From Acetobacter sp. (lineage in GTDB: Bacteria; Pseudomonadota; Alphaproteobacteria; Acetobacterales; Acetobacteraceae), in assembly GCA_017474285.1 (NCBI GenBank), contig JAFVHT010000034.1:9952-73951 (forward strand): DNA of 64,000 nt, given 5' to 3'. Of the stretch, positions 58,107-64,000 are shown piece after piece. A model generated the notes under the pieces. The model did no database searches, was not told where the DNA came from, and worked only from the letters and a program-made list of their open reading frames with translations. Made by a program: the position numbers and the translations under genes. The number at the start of each line of letters is the position of its first letter. Within the stretch, counting starts at the first letter, position 1.

Positions 58107-59642
58107 TTAAAGACTATTACTGCGTAGCCGAAACGTAGCGGCTTCTGCCATATGAGCAGGTTCAACAGCAGGGGAGGCGGCAAGGTCTGCAATTGTGCGC
58201 GCAACACGGGTAAGCCGCGTGTATCCTCGTGCAGAAAGGCGAAAACGTTGCGCAATTTTTTGTGCCATGTCTTGTGCTGCAGGAGAAAGGTGTAAATCAT
58301 CAATGGGGGCAAGCGCGTTGACGACATCGCCTTGCCGTTCTTTTTGACGGTTTCGTGCTGTAAAAACACGTTGTGCAACAACGGCACTGCTCTCAGAGGC
58401 AGGTTCTGTCATATAGGTAAGGGGTTCGTAGGGTTGCATCGTCATATGCAGATCTATTCTATCAAGCAAAGGTCCTGAGAGACGCGCCATATATTCCTCT
58501 CCACAGCGCGGGGCTTTACGACATTCTCGCGTTGCATCGCCTAAATAACCACAACGGCACGGATTCATCGCCGCGATTAACTGAAAGCGGGCAGGATAGG
58601 TTACATGGGTTGAGGCGCGTGCAATACTGACGCGCCCTGTTTCAAGGGGTTGCCGAAGAGCTTCTAAAGCGGTACGGCTAAATTCTGGTAATTCGTCTAA
58701 AAATAAAACGCCATGATCGGCAAGACTTATTTCTCCCGGTTTGGCTTTTGTCCCTCCTCCAACCAAAGCAGGCAGACTTGCTGAATGGTGCGGGTCACGA
58801 TAAGGAGGGCGCCTTAAAGGACGACCTCCGTCAAGCAAGCCTGCTGCGCTATAAATGCGCGACACTTCAAGGCTTTCAACAGGGGTCAAATCTGGTAAAA
58901 GTCCCACAAGGCGGGCTGCTAACATGGATTTTCCCGAACCTGGTGGACCGGAAAGTAAAAGAGAATGTCCACCTGCCGCGGCTATTTCTAACGCACGGCG
59001 CCCCATTTGCATGCCTTTTATATCGGCAAGGTCAGGTGTTAAGGATTTATCATGAGTTGTTTGGTCGGCGGGAGGATTTGTAAAAACAGGTTGGATGAGA
59101 AGTTGGCGCCCATGAAAGTGGTTAATGAGCGAAAGTAAATTGGGCGCAGCAAGAATGGCAATATCACCTCCACAAAGGGCTTCCTCTCCTTGGGAAGCAG
59201 GGCAAATCAAACCTAATCCCATAGAAGCCGCTTCTAATGCGGCAGATAAAACGCCAGAAACAGCATTAAGGCGTCCATCAAGTGATAATTCTCCCAAAGC
59301 CGCATAAGAAGCGGCTTCTTCTGAGGGAATAACCTGCATGGCAGCTAAAAGCGCTATGGCAATGGGAAGGTCTAAATGTGCACCTTCTTTAGGTAAATCA
59401 GCTGGTACAAGGTTGACAAGAATACGTTTAGCGGGAAGGGCTAAACCGATAGACGTTAAGGCAGCCCGAACACGCTCACGCGATTCACCAACGGCTTTAT
59501 CAGGTAAACCGACAATCAGAAAAGCAGGGAGCCCTGTTGAAATTTGGACCTCAACCCAAACAGGACGTGCTTCAATACCTGAAAAGGCAAAACTACGCAG
59601 GCGGAAATTAAGTCTCTCCGTCTGCGTTGTCATGATTAACAA
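58107..59642 (-). CDS. comM: YifB/ComM family Mg-chelatase-like AAA+ ATPase
   Basis: LLLSGPPGSGKSMLA (Walker A), VLFLDELPEF (Walker B) and a Lon-protease-like N-terminal domain are present. Confidence 0.9.
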   Translation of the reverse strand: MLIMTTQTERLNFRLRSFAFSGIEARPVWVEVQISTGLPAFLIVGLPDKAVGESRERVRAALTSIGLALPAKRILVNLVPADLPKEGAHLDLPIAIALLAAMQVIPSEEAASYAALGELSLDGRLNAVSGVLSAALEAASMGLGLICPASQGEEALCGGDIAILAAPNLLSLINHFHGRQLLIQPVFTNPPADQTTHDKSLTPDLADIKGMQMGRRALEIAAAGGHSLLLSGPPGSGKSMLAARLVGLLPDLTPVESLEVSRIYSAAGLLDGGRPLRRPPYRDPHHSASLPALVGGGTKAKPGEISLADHGVLFLDELPEFSRTALEALRQPLETGRVSIARASTHVTYPARFQLIAAMNPCRCGYLGDATRECRKAPRCGEEYMARLSGPLLDRIDLHMTMQPYEPLTYMTEPASESSAVVAQRVFTARNRQKERQGDVVNALAPIDDLHLSPAAQDMAQKIAQRFRLSARGYTRLTRVARTIADLAASPAVEPAHMAEAATFRLRSNSL

Positions 59643-60892
59643 TCCTTATAAATAAATCGAGCACGGATAGTGCCTTCAATATTGCGTAAAGTCGAAAGAA
59701 TACGGTTATCAAGCGCCATATCGCCACGCGTATCTGCTTCAATCACAACATAACCAATGTCATTATCTGTCTGCAAAAACTGTCCGGTAATGTTACACTC
59801 TTCGTGCAAAAAAGCCTCGTTTAGTTTTGTCATAATGCCGGGAATATTGCGGTGTACATGCATAAACCGTGTACCCCTTGGGCTAGGGGGAAGTTGCACT
59901 TGGGGGAAATTAACAGCTCCCAACGTTGTACCCACATCAGAATAATCTACAAGTTTACGCGCGACTTCTACACCAATCCGTTCTTGTGCTTCGGCTGTAG
60001 ACCCTCCAATATGTGGTGAAAGAATCACATTGTCTAACCCCATAAGAGGTGTAGAAAGTAGTTCTCCCGCACTTTTAGGTTCTACGGGGAAAACATCAAT
60101 CGCGGCTCCGAGCAAATGCCCACTTTTAAGGGCTTCAGCGAGAGCTTCAAGATCAACCACATTGCCTCGTGCATTGTTGATGAGGAAAGATCCGGGCTTC
60201 ATGGCTTTAATTTGTTCAGCCCCAATCATATTTGCTGTTGTTGGGAGTTGGGGAACATGCAAACTAACAACATCACTTTGGGCAAGGAGATCTTTAAGAG
60301 TGCCTACGGGTTTCGCGTTGCCATGGGCAAGTTTATCCACAACATCGTAATAGAGAACACGCATCCCAAAGGCTTCAGCTAAAACAGAAAGTTGCGAGCC
60401 AATAGATCCATACCCAACAATACCCAGCGTTTTTCCCCGTAACTCCCAACTATTGGTAGCCGATTTATTCCACTGACCTTTATGGCATTCTACTGAACGT
60501 GGGAAAATCCGCCGCATAAGCATAACAATTTCACCGATAACAAGTTCGGCAACCGAACGTGTATTGCTATAAGGGGCATTAAATACGGGAATACCGTTAA
60601 TTTGCGCGGTTGTCAGATTGACTTGGTTGGTGCCGATACAAAAGCACCCTATCGCCATAAGTTTATCAGCCGATTCAATAACTTCTTGTGTTAGCTGTGT
60701 TCTAGACCGAATACCAACAATGTGAACACCTTGCAGAGCTTCTTTAAGGGCTTCTTTTTCAAGGGCTCCTTTTATTCGCACAATATTATCATAGCCGCAT
60801 GTTTGAAGAAGATGAACGGCACTATCATGAATACCCTCTAACAAGAGAAAACGAATTTTATTTTTAGAAAGAGAAAGTTGTACTTGTGTCAT
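59636..60892 (-). CDS. serA: D-3-phosphoglycerate dehydrogenase
   Basis: GIVGYGSIGSQL (NAD-binding GxGxxG), SLHVP...T and a C-terminal ACT-like domain are present. Confidence 0.9.
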   Translation of the reverse strand: MTQVQLSLSKNKIRFLLLEGIHDSAVHLLQTCGYDNIVRIKGALEKEALKEALQGVHIVGIRSRTQLTQEVIESADKLMAIGCFCIGTNQVNLTTAQINGIPVFNAPYSNTRSVAELVIGEIVMLMRRIFPRSVECHKGQWNKSATNSWELRGKTLGIVGYGSIGSQLSVLAEAFGMRVLYYDVVDKLAHGNAKPVGTLKDLLAQSDVVSLHVPQLPTTANMIGAEQIKAMKPGSFLINNARGNVVDLEALAEALKSGHLLGAAIDVFPVEPKSAGELLSTPLMGLDNVILSPHIGGSTAEAQERIGVEVARKLVDYSDVGTTLGAVNFPQVQLPPSPRGTRFMHVHRNIPGIMTKLNEAFLHEECNITGQFLQTDNDIGYVVIEADTRGDMALDNRILSTLRNIEGTIRARFIYKDC

Positions 60893-61049
60893 GAACTAAA
60901 ACCATCGCTTGTGAAAATTCTTTTGCCTTTAGTCTATTGTAAAGGTTGTCTCGTAAAGAGAGCAAGATTTTTAAGAAGTTTTTGAGAGGTTGTTGAGAGG
61001 TTATTGAAACATCATTATAGGAGTAACGGATTTACTATGAAAGGCGGGA

Positions 61050-62232
61050 TTAAGGGCGAGGAATATTCGCTTGTGACAGAAAAGAAACTATAAAGGTAAG
61101 ATTTTTTAAAGATCTCTCAATATAATTTCTCGTAAAATTATCTGTACAATCGGTCCACGGGTGCGAATCAATATAGGACGATAGTTCTCTTGAGAAATCA
61201 TTTTTGAAAGTGCTTACATTAGGGGCATGAGGGTACAAATGTATAACCCGTGCGACAAGTTCTATCCATTTTGAGTACATCAAATATTCCATCCAGCTAT
61301 ATTGCCGTAGCTGAGGGATTTGTGTGTTTTTACGCAAATGATCGAAATAGTCTAAAACAGAGATATTTCCTAAAAGCAAGAAACTCGATAAAATCACATT
61401 AGGATAAACGCTCCCCTGTGTTCCTAATTTGAGAAGAGAATAAATATCTTCTATAAATTGAGGATATTGTGACCCTACGCGTCCGTTATAAGCCGTTTTC
61501 CAGATCGCATCTTCAAATCCTTTATTACTAAGGGATCGTTTTTTCCATACAGAGGAGATATTGGTTCCTGACCCATAGAGTAACGTTATCGCGTAAAAGA
61601 GAGGGAAAAACAACATAACGATGTAAAAAACAGGGCAGAGCATCGGGAGGTATAGAACCAAGCGCGTTAAGATACTCAGTATACATCATAGCGAGCATAG
61701 GAACATTAAGTGTATAGACCATTAAGTCAGGCTGATCTTCTCCAAATTTAATTTTATCTTGATAGGTTTGAAAACTTAATTCGTGAGAAGTGCAGACAAC
61801 AAGCCTAAAAGGTCTCATCTCTTTCCACGCTTGCCATCCTTTACCAATAGGCATTTGTGTGAGAGGCTTCTCACATGTCACGCTGACCATATATTCCTTT
61901 GCGGAGTAACAAGAATCTAAAAAACTTACTGCTTTAGTTGCGTGATTCTGAATACTATCAAAAGACCTTCCTAAAGTATTGAGAGCAGGCTCAATAAATG
62001 TTCTGTACCGTCTAGATTGGTCTCTTTCCTTACGCATATCCTCAATCGGTAACATCGTGAGGACGTATTCTAACATCATCATACCTGAATGTTCTAAAGG
62101 AGAAGAGTTTTTATATCTTTCTAGTGTGGAAAAAACTTCTCGTTCAAGAAATCTTAAATACGCCCCTAATCGAGGGTAGATCTTTGGAGGCATAGGTTTT
62201 AAATAATTTTGAAAAGCACGCTGAAATAACAT
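61050..62232 (-). pseudogene. orphan hypothetical gene split into two overlapping frames (ORFs 62232-61528 and 61661-61050)
   Basis: The two same-strand ORFs overlap by 134 nt in different frames. Both flanking parts look protein-like while the overlap tails look like out-of-frame read-through. The region is AT-rich. No family recognised. Confidence 0.45.
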
Positions 62233-62310
62233 ACCAACCTCCTACAATGCTCTATTTGTTACGTTTCTCATCACTCCTATAAAATGAGAATATTCAAGAA
62301 AGAAAGGGTA

Positions 62311-63123
62311 TTAAGCCTTATCGGTTGGTTTATTTGTTAAAATTGCAACAGCTTCTTGATGCAATTCCGCAGAGCTTGTGGCTAAAACAGTCCCATCACC
62401 GCCCGCTTGTAAAGGCGTTCCATCCCATTGGGTTATAAAACCGCCAGCCCCTTGAATAATAGGGACAAGAGCAGCCCAATCCCATAAGTTCATCGTGCAT
62501 TCTGTAATTAAATCAATATGTCCCAAGGCAAGAAGACCATAGGCGTAACAATCGCCTCCCCATGTGATGCGTTTGGCTTTGTTGTGTAGGGTAAGCCAAC
62601 GATCATGCGGGGCATTTTGTAAAATTTCTGGTGCTGTACAAGACATTTCAGCTTCTGTCAGACGAATATTTTGCCGCGTACCTACATGCCCTCCAAAAGG
62701 CGAAGAAAAAACTGTAGGCTGTCCTATAATCCCCAGCCAACGCTCGTTAAGAATAGGTTGATCTAACACCCCTAAAAGAGGGACACCGTCCTTGAGAAGT
62801 GCAATAAGAGTGCCAAAAAGTGGGCGACCTGTGATAAAGGCACGCGTTCCATCAATAGGATCTAACACCCATTGATAAAGAGAATGTGGATTATCATGCC
62901 CAAATTCTTCTCCAAAAACACCATGATCGGGGACATATTCCGCTAAAAGAGCGCGCATAACCCGTTCAGCGCTTCGATCGGCAATAGTCACAGGGCTTGT
63001 ATCGTCTTTGTTTTGTGTTAAAAGAGCACGTCGGAAAAGGGGGCGTATAACAGAACGTGCCGTATCGGCAAGTAAAGCCGCTATTTTAGTATAAGACTCT
63101 ATTTCGGTAGAGGGTGTCATCAA
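62311..63123 (-). CDS. inositol monophosphatase family protein (HisN-type histidinol-phosphatase likely)
   Basis: VTIADRSAE, FGEEFG, WVLDPIDGTRAF and WDWAA are IMPase-family motifs. Confidence 0.8.
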   Translation of the reverse strand: MMTPSTEIESYTKIAALLADTARSVIRPLFRRALLTQNKDDTSPVTIADRSAERVMRALLAEYVPDHGVFGEEFGHDNPHSLYQWVLDPIDGTRAFITGRPLFGTLIALLKDGVPLLGVLDQPILNERWLGIIGQPTVFSSPFGGHVGTRQNIRLTEAEMSCTAPEILQNAPHDRWLTLHNKAKRITWGGDCYAYGLLALGHIDLITECTMNLWDWAALVPIIQGAGGFITQWDGTPLQAGGDGTVLATSSAELHQEAVAILTNKPTDKA

Positions 63124-63273
63124 AGGGGTTATCCAACACTGTAAACGATATAAACGATCTATAAGCGAGAGGCTTTTTTAAGCACTTTATATTCAATCTA
63201 TAGTATTATATTTTTGTTTGAAAATCTGTTTATTTCTCTTTTCGTTATTGACTCTCTTGATTTTCTTTTTTCT

Positions 63274-64000
63274 ATGAAACCTCTTATTGTGATCCCTGCG
63301 CGGTTAGCTTCAACGCGTTTACCGGGAAAGCCTTTGGCAGATATTGGCGGTAAGCCGATGATTTTGCACGTTTTAGCAGCAGCCGAACGGGCACATCTTG
63401 CCCCTGTTCTTGTTGCAGCAGCTGATCAAGCAATTTACGACGTTGTCTCTCAAGCTGGAGGAAAAGCAATATTGACAGACCCATTACTCCCATCGGGATC
63501 GGATCGGGTTTGGCAAGCCGTACAACAGCTTGATAAAGACGAACAGCACAATATTATTATCAATTTACAAGGTGATTTACCGAATTTTGACCCTGACAGC
63601 TTGCATAAAGTTATGCAAGTGATGAAAAATCCCTTTTTTGATATTGGTACTTTGGTAGCCCCTCTTGCACAGCATGAGGCTTCAATTTCTTCTATTGTTA
63701 AGGTCGCTTGTCATTTTTCCCCAACACAAAATGAAGCGCATGTTCTTTATTTTTCACGTAACCCTATTCCATGGGGGGAGGGGGCTTTATGGCACCATAT
63801 TGGCGTTTATGCGTGGCGGCGTGAAGCGTTGGAACGTTTTGTTCATTTACCCGAATCGGGGTTAGAACAACGTGAACGTCTTGAACAATTACGCGCGTTA
63901 GAGGCGGGTATGCGTATTGGCTGCGCACAAATTGAAAAAGCCCCTTATGGCGTTGATACACCAGAAGATTTACAACGCGCGCGCGATGATTTCCAAATAT
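63274..64000 (+). CDS. kdsB: 3-deoxy-manno-octulosonate cytidylyltransferase, 3' end outside the window
   Basis: This ORF is not in the supplied track because it has no stop in the window. The frame from the ATG at 63274 gives MKPLIVIPARLASTRLPGKPLADIGGKPMI...GSDRV...NLQGD...HIGVYAWRREAL...EQLRALE, the classic KdsB signature. Confidence 0.85.
   Translation, partial: MKPLIVIPARLASTRLPGKPLADIGGKPMILHVLAAAERAHLAPVLVAAADQAIYDVVSQAGGKAILTDPLLPSGSDRVWQAVQQLDKDEQHNIIINLQGDLPNFDPDSLHKVMQVMKNPFFDIGTLVAPLAQHEASISSIVKVACHFSPTQNEAHVLYFSRNPIPWGEGALWHHIGVYAWRREALERFVHLPESGLEQRERLEQLRALEAGMRIGCAQIEKAPYGVDTPEDLQRARDDFQI

Noticed and set aside
60982-61002. Direct repeat ttgagaggtt x2 upstream of serA.
   Set aside because: It is too short to distinguish from chance, and I recognised no regulator motif.
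63284-63961. Three track ORFs (63284-63493 minus, 63665-63865 plus, 63764-63961 minus).
   Set aside because: All lie inside the clear kdsB reading frame that runs off the window end. They are alternative-frame artefacts.
1-64000. A search by eye for CRISPR arrays, IS elements/transposases, integrases, rRNA genes and prophage structural genes.
   Set aside because: I saw no regularly spaced direct repeats and no recognisable transposase, integrase or phage morphogenesis ORFs. The only RNA gene I could fold is tRNA-Leu.

Overview
This is a chromosomal segment whose gene content and synteny look alphaproteobacterial, with moderately low GC. The taxon is an inference; no marker here lets me name a genus. 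Most of the window is core housekeeping: ppk-ppx, ccmCDEFGHI, glnE, bcp, cobS-cobT/bolA, lipB, tRNA-Leu(GAG), galU-pgm, comF-grxC, comM/yifB, serA, an IMPase/HisN-like gene and kdsB.

The core is interrupted by at least five visibly more AT-rich accessory insertions.
1. About 1.96-5.2 kb: a plasmid/ICE-remnant islet with a solo Abi_2/HEPN abortive-infection gene and an LPD7/KfrB-like relic.
2. 30.6-32.6 kb: a Dam-class MTase plus an unclassified PD-ExK-type REase.
3. 34.1-35.7 kb: an SPPY (N4C-type) MTase plus an MvaI/BcnI-like REase.
4. 47.4-54.4 kb: a type I R-M hsdM-hsdS-hsdR. Its hsdS is out of frame at a G8 tract and carries internal TRD repeats and a 12-nt x3 in-frame tandem repeat.
5. 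61.0-62.3 kb: an orphan gene split into two overlapping frames.

The best candidate for an undescribed system is the five-gene, translationally coupled operon at 5221-11000. It comprises a dCache-GAF-cyclase-homology membrane receptor, an MlaE-like permease, an ABC-ATPase-like protein, an MlaD/MCE protein and a TPR lipoprotein. By eye, both the cyclase domain and the ABC ATPase have lost most canonical catalytic residues.

I saw no CRISPR array, rRNA, transposase or integrase. All family assignments come from motif recognition by eye, not from searches.
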